DNA from: Octopus vulgaris
Taxonomy: Eukaryota
Assembly: GCA_951406725.2 (NCBI GenBank)
Contig: OX597820.1
Span: 23,932,001-23,996,000, forward strand
Direction: 5' to 3'
Length of the DNA: 64,000 bases
The stretch's first letter is position 1; every line of letters begins with the position of its first letter. Below, piece by piece: positions 25,422-37,860 of this stretch. A program made the position numbers and the translations under genes. The notes beneath the pieces were generated by a model. The model made no database searches. It was not told the DNA's origin and saw only the letters and a list, made by a program, of their open reading frames with translations.

Positions 25422-25485
<64 letters not shown>

Positions 25486-25521
25486 TAGATAGATATGTAT
25501 ATGTATGTATACATGTATATG

Positions 25522-25830
25522 TGTGGCGGTGCAATGGCCCAGTGGTTAGGGCAGCGGACTCGCGGTTGGAGGATCGCGGTGTCGATTCCCAGACCGGGCG
25601 TTGTGTGTGTTTATTGAGCGAAAAACACCTAAAGCTCCACAAGGCTCCGGCAGGGGGTGGTGGCGACCCTTGCTGTACTCTTTCGCCGCAACTTTCTCTC
25701 ACTCTTTCTTCTGTTGGCCTGCTCGCTTAGCCAGCGGGGTGGCGTCATTTGAAGGCTAAAACAATGCGAAGCGCATTGTGACCAGCGATGTGTAGCAACA
25801 TCTGATAGCCTGGTCTGTCACGTCACGTGA
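25522..25830 (+). mobile_element. SINE family D with alternative tail
   Basis: Head and body as at 10353; tail ...ggcgtcatttgaaggctaaaac...tcacgtga differs from the 12562 copy. Confidence 0.8.
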
Positions 25831-27809
25831 TATATATATATATACTTATAAACAAGTATATATACTTATAAATTGAGGATGTAATAACATAAAATGATTA
25901 TAACAGTGGATAACGTATAAAAATGACCATATCGGTAAAATTAATTTTTAAGTATATAATTATAAAATATATAATTATAATTAAAGGTGCTGGAGTGCAG
26001 TGATAGGATAGACTATGATAGCCTGCCATATATGCATGATGGCTGCCCCCTCGTTATCGAGTATGGCCATTGCACGAAGCTTGACTGTTATTGGTGCTGT
26101 GATCGAATGTGAATTTTATTTGCTTTTTAAGGCTACAGCCAGCCATTCAGTTGAGACTCAGAGCACCATCAACAATCATGAACAATGTTGTTATCGTGCA
26201 ATGCCTGTGCAAGAAGATTTTTTTTAAAGTGAGGAAAGGCTGTGCACTGAGTCAATCCCACTCACTAAGCAACGGCAGCCATAATTCGAAAAGAAGAACA
26301 AGTCAACATCATCGGTAACCACTGAGCCGCAGGTTTTATGTCGGAGTTATCTCAGTTACCTGAGTTACCTTCTCCTAGAAGGATGCCCCAACAAAGGCTA
26401 GGAGTCCTTCACCCCCAATGGTTTAACCGCGCGATCGGGTATTCAGTCCGATTATTTCTATGACTCCGCGCATGATACAGCCTTAAGACATTTATTGGAT
26501 GGCCGTTGATTCTCAAGAGTTCCTCCGCCCTTTGACAGGTTTTGTTTTTCATCCTGCAGGGTGTCCAATAAACACCCTCCTCACCAAGCAAGCTTGTTGG
26601 GGTTGGCGGTTTAGTCGCCGACGAGCCGACCATGCAACTCGAAAGTGACCTGACATAGCCATATATATATATAGCAGGCTTCGACACAGTCTATCACTGC
26701 CAAATTCACTCAAAAGGCATTGGTCGGACTGGGCCTAAAATAGAAGACACTTGCCTAAGTTAACACTCAGTGGGGCTAAACCCAGAATCACATGTTTGCG
26801 AAGCGAACTTCTTAACTACAAACCTATGCCTTGAAGGCTGCGGTTCATATAAACACCTAATACTGCAGTTTATATGAACAACTAAAAGACTAGAAGGTTG
26901 AGCCCCAGCATGGCCTCAGTCCAATAACTGAAATCAGTAAAAGAATAATAGAATAACTTATTTTATATATCAATTTTATATACATGCTTTATGCTGTACA
27001 TCATTTATTAAATAAATAAATATATATATATATATAATATTAATTATATATATTTATTTGATGAACACTATTCGTTTCGTTAATTGTATATGTAATTATA
27101 AAGCATGCAAAGTTTATCTACATAGTTTATACATCAATTTTTACTATAATTATGTTTATATATTTGATGAATTAAATCCGTTTCCTAACATTTATATGTA
27201 ATAATAATCATTCATTTTACAAACAAAATTTATCTACACATTTTCTACACTAATTTTTACCATAATCATATTTATATATTTGATCAATTAAATCTGTTTC
27301 TCAGAATTAGATATATATGGAATTACTCTTTATATACTCATGATATGTACATTTTAGCGGTAATTTCTTTTTATTATAATTATATTTATATTTTTGAATA
27401 AAACTGTTTTCTAAATTGTAAATTTACATTTTATATACTAATTTTATATACATATTTTATACACGAATTTTATAATCCGGTTCCTAAAATTTCTGTTTAC
27501 ATAATACATATATATTTAACAAATGTCAGTATTTATTTTATATGTTTTAGAAATAGATATATGCCTTTTATAAGTAGATATAAAGCCTTATATTTATAAA
27601 TATATATAAATATATTTCCTTCTAAGTACATTTGATTTAATATTCAAAATATTTGTGTATTCATTTCTTTTTATATTTATTTACAAATTTACATATCTCG
27701 AATATATACTCGTATATTGTGTAGATTCCTTTACATAATATTAACGATTTCAAATTAGGCCTAAGGCCTGAAATTCTTACGGTGTGGTACAGTCGATTAT
27801 GAGAAAATC

Positions 27810-28447
27810 CAGCAACCAAGGAAACCGGTGATATCCGAATTAGAAGCAATGCTAATGGTATAACCCAAAGGAGAGTTTATTGAATGTTAATAATGTTGTC
27901 TCGGAAGCTGTATTTCCAATATGGCTGATGCAGAAGTTGAAGCCAAAACCTGACAGGTAAAGCAATGTCTGTTTCAACGCGTTCGTTCAATATGGAGATC
28001 GAAAACCGTCAGTTAGCGTATGAAGCTGTTACTATACCCATCTATTGTTATACCGACAGCTATCTACGCGAAGATCTCTCAATTGCTGGACGTGTTCCAC
28101 CGATGCTGCTTACATTCAATCTCGGACATTTCTTACCAGGACAGAGTGAGAAACAAAGAGGTGAGGAGAAGAGCAGGCATGGGAAGTTTGCAGAACATGG
28201 TGACTAAGCGGTGGATACGGTTTACTGGCCATGTGCTTCGATTACTGCAGGAGAGACGTGTTACCATCATGATGGAGTGGACGCCGGAAGGAGGAAAGGA
28301 ACCAAGGAAGACATGGCGCAGTGCGTTCCGGGACAACATGATAGCGATGAGAGTTAGCCCGAGTGGGGTCAGGAGGGCGAGCACTCAGGATGTCTGGAGA
28401 AGGCTCGTTGCCCATTGTGCTGATAGCACTGGAGGACTAAGGGCTAA
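27810..28447 (+). mobile_element. RTE-group LINE 3' fragment
   Basis: KLLLYPSIVIPTAIYA...LDVFHRCCLHSI..ISYQDRVRNKEV...IRFTGHVLRL...EWTPEGGK.PRKTWRS. Confidence 0.8.
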
Positions 28448-28505
28448 GAATTATATTATTTACATTATTTGACGGATATTTGTCCTCATCTTATCTGTTG
28501 TCAAC

Positions 28506-28549
28506 ACACAACATTTCGGCTGATATACCCACCAGCCTTCATCAGGTAT
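28506..28549 (-). ncRNA. Minimal hammerhead ribozyme motif
   Basis: Minus strand: atac CTGATGA a ggctg gtgggtatat cagcc GAAA t GTT gtgt; stem II ggctg/cagcc; stem I atac/gtgt. Confidence 0.6.
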
Positions 28550-28599
28550 TTTGGGAAAATTTCGAACCTGGGTTCTCATTCCTAAGTTATTTTTAGATG

Positions 28600-28658
<59 letters not shown>

Positions 28659-28675
28659 ATAATAATTATTAGGGG

Positions 28676-29090
28676 GGCGCAGGAGTGGCTGTGTGGTAAG
28701 TAGCTTGCTTACCAACCACATTGTTCCAGGTTCAGTCCAACTGCGTGGCACCTTGGGCAAGTGTCTTCTACTATTGCCTCGGGCCAACCAAAGCCTTGTG
28801 GGTGGATTTGGTAGACGGAAACTGAAAGGAGCCCGTCGTATATATGTATATATATATATGTATGTATGTGTGTGTATATGTTTGTGCGTCTGTGTTTGTC
28901 CCCCCAACATCGCTTGACAACCGATGCTGGTGTGTTTATGTCCCCGTAACTTAGCGGTTCGGCAAAAGAGCCGATAGAAAAAGTTCTAGGCTTACAAAGA
29001 ATAAGTCCTGGGGTCGATTTGCTCGACTAAAGGCAGTAATCCAGCATGGCCACAGTCAAATGACTGAAACAAGTAAACGAGTAAAAGAGT
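28676..29090 (+). mobile_element. SINE family B, full length
   Basis: Complete match to other B copies. Confidence 0.9.
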
Positions 29091-30009
29091 ATACCGGGAA
29101 AAGTGCTTAGCGCTATTTCGTTCGTTTTTATGATCTGAATTCAAATTTCATTGAGATCGACTTTGTCTTTCATCCCTTTCGAGGGTCAATAAAATAAGTA
29201 CTAGTCGAGCACTGGGGGTCGATGTAATCGAATATCCCCTTCCCCCGAAATTGCTGGCCATCTACCAAAATTTGAAACGATTATTTATAGCTTGATCTAC
29301 TTCGAGTTCAATTGTTAAAAATATTATATTTCACTTCAAAATTGATGCAAACAACATACAAAGCTTCTGAGAACAAAGCTTTTAAATTCGACGGAGAAAA
29401 TTTGAAGGATTGCTTTGGTTGAATGGTTAGAACCATCATATGCATCTACCATGTTTACACATGTAGGTTTGTGTTCCACGGGTGGCCTTATCCTTTTTCT
29501 ATCCAAATCTCTTTTGAACAGAATATCCTACATGTTAGTATTTATAACTTTATCTACATCGAGTTTCACTGTTACAAAAAATGATATGTGTGTGTATGTG
29601 TGTGTGTGTCTGTGTCTGTGTGAACCGAGGCAGTGCTTAGTTCAACTAAGCAAGATATTTAATCAGAGAGAGTGCAAGACAACACGAAATGTAGCTGATG
29701 CTGTGAGAGTATGGCTTTGTGAATCAAGTGAAGGGGGAAAAAAACGAGCCTGAAATAAACCAAGTAAAGAAAAATATAGAATACACACTCTTGCCATATA
29801 CGTGAATAGAATGTTTACGTTTACTGTTGCTACTATTACTCTCTTAGGCATACTTACACACACACACACGCATGCGCACGCACACACACGAGTATACGCA
29901 CACACACAAACACGTCTATATAATTATGAAGAAATTGACAGATCTATTAAACTGTATGTGCACATTCATAAATACGCACACATGTCCCTCTTGTTCTCTA
30001 TCTGTCTGC

Positions 30010-30296
30010 ATATATATATATATATAGATATGTGTGTGTGTGTGTATAGATATGTGTGTGTGTGTATAGATATGTGTGTGTGTGTGTGTGTATAGATATG
30101 TGTGTGTGTGTGTGTATATATGTGTGTGTGTGTGTGTATATATATGTGTGTGTGTGTGTGTGTATATATGTGTGTGTGTGTATATATGTGTGTGTGTGTG
30201 TATATATATGTGTGTGTGTGTATATATATGTGTGTGTGTATGTATATGTGTGTGTGTGTATATATGTGTGTGTGTGTGTGTATATATGTGTGTGTG

Positions 30297-30327
<31 letters not shown>

Positions 30328-30371
30328 ATATATATATGTGTGTGTGTGTATATATATGTGTGTGTGTGTGT

Positions 30372-30419
<48 letters not shown>

Positions 30420-30640
30420 GTGTGTGTGTATATATGTGTGTGTGTGTGTGTGTATATGTGTGTGTATATGTATGTGTATATGTATGTGTGTGTATGTGTG
30501 TGTATATGTGTATGTGTGTGTATATATATATGTGTGTGTATGTGTGTGTGTATATATATGTGTGTGTATATATATATGTGTATATATATATATATATATG
30601 TTCATATATATACATATATATTTACACGCATACACACATA
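30010..30640. repeat. Compound (TG)n/(TA)n microsatellite
   Basis: Direct reading. Confidence 0.95.
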
Positions 30641-31211
30641 CTTGATTATAGATTTATAATGGCTAAAATTTAATCTGTTTCTTTCGACTCTTCGCTTGCG
30701 TATTATTTTATGTACATCTTTTGTCTTTTCAAAAATACATTTCCATATCTTTAAATATTTATAAATATTTATTCTTGTAAAATATTTACTTTCGATTATT
30801 ATTTTTTTAAAACAAAGACGTGTTCCTATTCTGAAATCATTGTATTTTAGCATAATTCGACGACAAAAAGAAACAAAAAACAAAACCTGATACATTTATA
30901 ATTTATAGCATTTTTATTCTCATTTCTTTCATTTGCCATTATACATTACGTAAATAATAGTGTGCATGCGTTATTTTTAGCATGGGAATTAGTTAAGTAT
31001 CCTATAGGTTTCAAATTTTGGCACAAGGTCAGCAATTTCGAAGTGGTGTTAAGTCGTTTATATATATCCCAGTGTTCAACTGCTACTTATTTTATCGACC
31101 CCGAAACGGATGTAAAGCAAAGTCGACTCCGGTGACATTTGAACTCAGAATGTAAAGTCGGAAGACATGTCTCCAGGCAGTCTGCTAGCCAGCCACCTTA
31201 TTATTATTTAT

Positions 31212-31622
31212 TACTCTTACTCTTTTACTTGTTTCAGTCATGTGACTGTGGCCAAGCTGGAGCGCCGCCTCTAGTCGAGCAAATCGACACCAGGACTTAT
31301 TCTTTGTAAGCCTAGTACTTATTCTATCGGTCTCTTTTGCCGAACTGCTAAGTTACGGGGACGTAAACACACTAGCATCGGCTGTCAAGCGATGTTGGGG
31401 GACAAACACAGACACACAAACATATATACACAACACACATATATATATACATATATACGACGGGCTTCTTTCAGCTTCTGTCTACCAAATCCACGCATAA
31501 GGCTTTGGTCGGCCCGAGGCTATAGTCGAAGACACTTGCCCAAGGTGTCACGCAGTGGGACTGAACCTGGAACCATGTAGTTCGTAAGCAAGCTACTTAC
31601 CGCACAGCCACTCCTACGCCTA
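31212..31622 (-). mobile_element. SINE family B
   Basis: Complete match to other B copies. Confidence 0.88.
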
Positions 31623-31638
31623 TACTTACTACACAGCC

Positions 31639-32273
31639 ACTATGACCCTGAAACTAAAGTCCAGTCGAAGCAATGGAAGCATGATAACTCACCGCTTCCA
31701 AAGGAGACTCGTATCCTACCCTCAGCAAACAAGGCGATGCTCACAGTCTTTTGGGACCAGCGCGGGGTAATGATGATGGATTTTCTGGCAAAGGGCACCA
31801 CAATTAACGGGGCATATTATGCTTCTCTGTTGCAGAAATTGTGGGATGCCATCAAAGCAGAGCGTCGTAGCCTGCTGACCAAAGGATTTCGCCTCCTCCC
31901 AGACAACGCCCCAGTTCACAATGCGCATGTTGCCCAGATGAAAGCACACTCCTGCGGCTATTAAACCCTTCCTCATCTCCCTAACTCTCCCGACCTCGCA
32001 CCATCTGACTTTCACCGCTTTCGAACCATGAAGTCTTTTTTGAAGGGGATAACTTTTCAGATGATGATTAGCTTATTTCCGAGATAAAGTCTTGGCTCCA
32101 GACGCAGCCTACCGACTTCAACAGGCGAAGTCTTTACAGCTGCATAAAGCGATGAGAGAAGCGAGTCACCATTGGTGGTGGCTATGTAGAGAAGTACTAA
32201 TAATTATGCCAAGTTTTATTTATCCCTGTCTCTGCGAAGTGGGTCAGGGGAGATCTTTAATGAACGCCCCTCG
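31639..32273 (+). mobile_element. mariner (DD34D) transposon, 3' half with transposase pseudogene and right TIR
   Basis: HYDPETKVQSKQW...MLTVFWD...DNAPVH...SPDLAPSD with 34 residues between the last two Asp; end ...ttaatgaacgcccctcg. Confidence 0.88.
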
Positions 32274-32384
32274 TGTCGTTCGGGAAGAATGGAAAAGTCT
32301 TCTATATTTCAATCCAGCGCTCTCAAACACTCTCTTGTCTGCCTGTCTGCCTGTCTGTCAGTCTCTCTATACTCTCTTTTGCTC

Positions 32385-32599
32385 TCTTTGACTGGTTTCA
32401 GTCATTTGACCGCAGCCATGCTCGAGCACTGCCTTTAGTCGAGCAAATCGACCCCAGGACGTCTTCTTTGTAAGCCTAGTACTTATTCTATCGGTCTTTT
32501 TTGCCGAACCGCTAAGTTACGGGGACGTAAACACACCAGCATCGGTTGTCAAGCGATGTTGGACACACACACACAGACGCACAAACATGTACACACACA

Positions 32600-32636
<37 letters not shown>

Positions 32637-32797
32637 GACGGGCTTCTTTCAGTTTCCGTCTACCAAATTCACTCACAAGGCATTGGTCGGCCCGAGGCTA
32701 TAGTAGAAGTCACTTGCCAAAGGTTCCATGCAGTGGGACTGAACCGGGAACCGTGTAGTTGGTAAGCAAGCTACTTACCACACAGCCACTCCTGCGC
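32385..32797 (-). mobile_element. SINE family B
   Basis: Match to other B copies. Confidence 0.88.
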
Positions 32798-32817
32798 CCC
32801 CTCTCTCTGTGTCTCTG

Positions 32818-32829
<12 letters not shown>

Positions 32830-32852
<23 letters not shown>

Positions 32853-33298
32853 GTATATATATATGTATATATGTATATATATATATATGTATATATATAT
32901 GTATATATATATGTATATATGTATATATGTATATATGTATGTATATATATATGTATATATATATGTATATATATGTGTATGTATATATATGTGTATGTAT
33001 ATATGTATGTATATATGTATATATATATGTGTATATATGTGTGTATATATGTATGTATATATATGTGTATATATGTATGTATATATATGTATATATATAT
33101 ATATGTATATATATATGTATGTATATATGTATGTATATATATATGTGTATATATATGTATATATGTATGTATATGTATGTATATATATGTATATATGTAT
33201 GTATATGTATGTATATATATGTATATATATGTGTATATATATGTATATATGTATGTTTATATATATGTATATATATATGTATGTATATATATGTATGC

Positions 33299-33335
<37 letters not shown>

Positions 33336-33687
33336 TGTATGTATATATATATGTATGTATATATATATGTATGTATATATATATGTATGTATGTATGTAT
33401 ATATGTATATATGTATATATATATGTATATATGTATATATGTATATATATATGTATGTATATATGTATATATGTATATATATATTTATATATATATGTAT
33501 GTATTTATGTATATATGTATGTATATCTATATGTAAGTATATATATATATGTATATATATGTATATATGTATATATATATGTATGTATATATATATATGT
33601 ATATATATGTATATATGTATATATATATGTATGTATATATATATGTATATATGTATATATGTATATATATATATGTATATATATATG

Positions 33688-33718
<31 letters not shown>

Positions 33719-33780
33719 GTATATATATGTATATATATATGTATGTATATATATATATATTTTATATATATGTATATATC
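32830..33780. repeat. (TA/TATG)n microsatellite, ~950 bp
   Basis: Direct reading. Confidence 0.95.
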
Positions 33781-33859
33781 AATAATACAGTGATTGTTTC
33801 TTATCAGGAACAAAATGTTTAATAGGACTGCTATAGAAGTGCTTAATTAAATGAGACAA

Positions 33860-35002
33860 ATATATTAAACTATGGTTGCAGAACCAAGAAATACAAGGTC
33901 ATCCACGTAACATTTCATATCTCGAACATTTAATCATAGAATATACATGTATAACATCACAGAAGATGAAGCATAACTCATCAATAAAAGCATATAAGAA
34001 AATGCGAGAAAAATGTGTGAATACAGTTCATCACGGTTAAAAGTTAATACTTTAGCGATTAAGAAAGATATATATTTTTAAAAAACATTACAACACGTAA
34101 AAATATAAAGTATAAAGTAATATATAAATATACAGATATATAAAAATATATAAAAATACATATATATATATATATAGGAAGCATATAAATAAGTAATATA
34201 TAATATATAAGGTAAGATAAAAGTTCATCGTTTAGAAAATTTTTTAAAATTACTTTTCAGATAAGGGAAACCTATAGTTAAAAGCCAGTGTCCAAGCAAA
34301 AAAGAGGAAACCATATTTACATTCCCTATGGCCATTTCAGGGGTACATTACTGTATTTAATGCACGAGGGTGCATCACAATAATAACTCCTTCGTCAAGG
34401 GAAAAAATAGAGAGACAGACATCACGTACCAGGGCGAGACCTCGTTAACCAGACCTAACACAATATTGTGTGGTTTCTTGAAATAAGAATTATTGTGATG
34501 CACCTTCGTGCATTAAATACAGTAATGTACCCCTGAAATGGCCATAGGGAATGTAAATATGGTTTCTTCTTGTTTGCTTGGACACTGGCTTTTAACTATA
34601 GGTTTCCCTTATCTGAAAAGTAATTTTAAAAAAATTTTCTAAACGATGAACTTTTATCTTACCTTATATATTATATATTACTTATTTATATGCTTCCTAT
34701 ATATATGTATTTTTATATATTTTTATATATCTATATATTTATATATTACTTTATACTTTATATTTTTACGTGTTGTAATGTTTAAAAAAAATATATTTCT
34801 TAATCGCTAAAGTATTAACTTTTAACCGTGATGAACTGTATTCACACATTTTTCTCGCATTTTCTTATATGCTTGTACTGATGAGTTATGCTTCATCTTC
34901 TGTGATGGTATATATGTATATTCTATGATTAAATGTTCGAGATATGAAATGTTACGTGGATGACCTTGTATTTGTTTGTTCTGCAACCATAGTTTAATAT
35001 AT
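33860..35002. repeat. Long inverted repeat: ~520-bp arms, ~104-bp spacer
   Basis: 33860-34384 is the near-exact reverse complement of 34489-35002. Confidence 0.95.
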
Positions 35003-36023
35003 ATGTATGTATATATATATGTCTGTCTGTATATATATATATGTATATATATGTATATGTATGTATATATATGTATATATATGTATATGTATGAATATAT
35101 GTATATATATGTATATATATGTATATGTATGTATATGTATGTATATGTATATGTATGTATGTATATGTATGTATATATATATGTATGTATATGTATGTAT
35201 ATGTATGTATGTATATGTATGTATGTATATATGTATATATATGTATATATATATATATGTATGTATGTATATATTTGTATATATATATGTATGTATATAT
35301 ATATATGTATGTATATATATATGTATGTATATATATATATATATATATGTATGTATATATATGTATAAGCAATTATGGGGATAAAAAAATTAGATACATA
35401 AAAATTATTATACCCGCTTCTATACCCGCTCAACCTGAACCCTCTTATAGCCTTTCCTTACTTTGTGGAGTGATCCCCTGTAAAAACATCGGAGTCTAAG
35501 TTTAAATCTTTTGAGCAATACTAAGTGTCTTCTATACAGAGACTATGTGGATCTCACCTGTGAACTATATAGATATGTGTATATATATGGTAACTTTGGC
35601 CACTGGAGATAAAAACTTAAGTAAACTGAGGCTTATAAAGACATAGATAGATGATGGTCTTCCATGACGTTTGGGAGATTGAAGGCTTTGTTAATTTTGT
35701 CAAAAGAAAAAAATATGAGATATAGTGCTATGAAAATATTTGTAGAGTGGAGACGAAAACATTCTCTTTACTCTTACTCTTTTACTCTTTTACTTGTTTC
35801 AGTCATTTGACTGCGACCATGCTGGAGTACCACCTTTAGTCGAGCAAATCGACCCCAGGACTTATTCTTTGTAAGCCTGGTACTTATACTGTCGGTCAGT
35901 TTTGCCGAACTGCTAAGTTACGGGGACGTAAACACACCAGCATCGGTTGTCAAACGATGTTGGGGGATAAAGACACAAACACATACACGCACACACACAT
36001 ACACACACATATGTATATACATA

Positions 36024-37314
36024 CAGGATGGGGAAGCAAAATTTACAATGAACGTTATGTTGTTTTTTCTCAGCAGCCACTAAATCAGTTGTTTTGAAAC
36101 CTAGCATATATTGATGTCATACTCATATCTAACACTATTATCCTTACCTTTTCAGAAACTTTTGTCCATATGAGTAATCAGGAAAGCTAACATCAAAGAG
36201 GGTGTGATTTGCTGAATGCACTCGTCACACCAAAGGAGATTTTAAGAATAGTTGGAGTGTCCATAAAGACTGTTTATAATGTAAAGAATAGAATGACTTT
36301 GAGCAAAGCTATTACGAGGAAGTCTGGAAGTAGAAGAATCAACAAGAAACGTACCAAAGCTTTTTTTTAAAGCTCTCAAATCCAAAATCCTAAAGGATCC
36401 AATCAAATCCATGAGAAAAATGGCAAATGAACTTGAGGTAGACAACAAGACCATTAGAAATGCAGTAAAATACGACTTGAGGTTAAAATCTCACACAAGA
36501 ACACCAAAACACTTGTTGACAACAGCTATGAAGGAAAAGAGATTAGAAAGGTGCAAGAAAATTATTAAATGGTTCAAGAAAAATTCTTCCATTGTAACAA
36601 TCTCTTCAGATGAAAAGCTCTTCACTGTCGATGCTGTTCTGAACCGCGGAAATGACAGATTTATCGCAAAATTAACAGCTGAGATTAAGGGGACATTCAA
36701 AACAAAACATCCTGCTCAAATTATGGCTTTTGGTGATGTGGCTTCCGATGGAAAGAAAATGCCTATAAAATACTACAAAGCTAATGAAAAGGTCAGTGCT
36801 AATACTTACTATAAGACTCTGAGATACCAGGTATTGCCATGGCTTAAAGCAAACTACCCATATGGTAATTAAGTATGGACACAGGATGGTGCTCCAGCCC
36901 ACACAGCTAGAAGAATACAAGATTTCTGCAAATCCAACTTTAGCAATTTTTTGGAATCACGTTTATGGCCGCCTTTTAGCCCAGATCTAAACCCTCTGGA
37001 CTATGCTATTTGGGACGTTTTAGAACATGCTACCAATAGAACATCACACAGCAACGTCGACTCTCTTAAAGATACTATTAAAGAAGAATGGGAAACGTTG
37101 TCTCTCGAATATTTGAGGAACACTTGCGCAAGTTTCAGGAAGCGTGTGAAGACAGTTATTGAGAAAGAAGGAAGACACACAGAATAAAAACATTTTCTAT
37201 TATGTAAATTTTCTTATGGCAAATAAATTCGCATGACTTTCAATAAACTAATTGGTCATTCACTGTCTTTCAATCCCTGCTTCAAAATATTGTAAATTTT
37301 GCTTCCCCACCCTG
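36024..37314 (+). mobile_element. Full-length Tc1/mariner-superfamily DD37D (maT) transposon
   Basis: TIRs caggatggggaagcaaaatttacaat / attgtaaattttgcttccccaccctg with TA duplication. Confidence 0.93.
36170..37187 (+). pseudogene. DD37D transposase pseudogene
   Basis: SDEK...QDGAPAH-(37 residues)-SPDLNPLD; in-frame stops near 36188 and 36870, frameshift in the T-run near 36365. Confidence 0.9.
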
Positions 37315-37559
37315 TATATACGACAGGCTTCTTTCAGTTTCCGTCTACCAAATCCACTCACAAGGCTTTGGTCAGCCCGAGATTATAGTAGAAGACACTT
37401 GCCCAAGCGTAGTGGGACCGAATCCGGGACCATGTGGTTCATAAGCAAGCTACTTACCATACAGCCATTCCTGCGCCTATTCTAGTTAAAATTTAAAAAA
37501 AAATTACCAAGGCCTATTCCCCGTAGGAAGAGGTAACCACAACAAGGGGCACACACCAG

Positions 37560-37860
37560 TCATTCCATTCATTTCCCAGCTCAAAGAGGTGAGCCCCGTT
37601 CTATGCTCGGGTCAGGGCATAGAAAACAACCCTTGATATCAGCTGTGAGGCTCGACTGCATATGCTGGTTTACCCCCACCGCGTCATGCTGGTTCCATAC
37701 CGCTTTGGGCAAGACTCATCCGTCCACAAACACTCTCCAAGCTTTTCTATTATTAATAAACTCTCTTTCCTCTTTCACTCCAACATCTCTAACCACCAAG
37801 GCTTTTATCACTACATCCATCCACACAAACCGAGGCCTGCCTCTGGTTCTGCTGCCTATC
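37560..37860 (-). mobile_element. RTE-like LINE 3' end fragment
   Basis: GSRTRGRPRFVWMDVVIKAL...NRKAWRVFV resembles the RTE ORF C-terminus. Confidence 0.6.

Larger units (their letters stand above)
35763..37480 (-). mobile_element. SINE family B split by the maT insertion
   Basis: B tail 35763-36020 and B head 37317-37480 flank the transposon. Confidence 0.85.

Noticed and set aside
29916-30673. Long ORFs of 185-239 aa in several frames
   Set aside because: Translations of a (TG)/(TA) microsatellite, which lacks stop codons.
32710-33822. ORFs up to 344 aa rich in Y, I, M, C and V
   Set aside because: TA/TATG microsatellite artefact.
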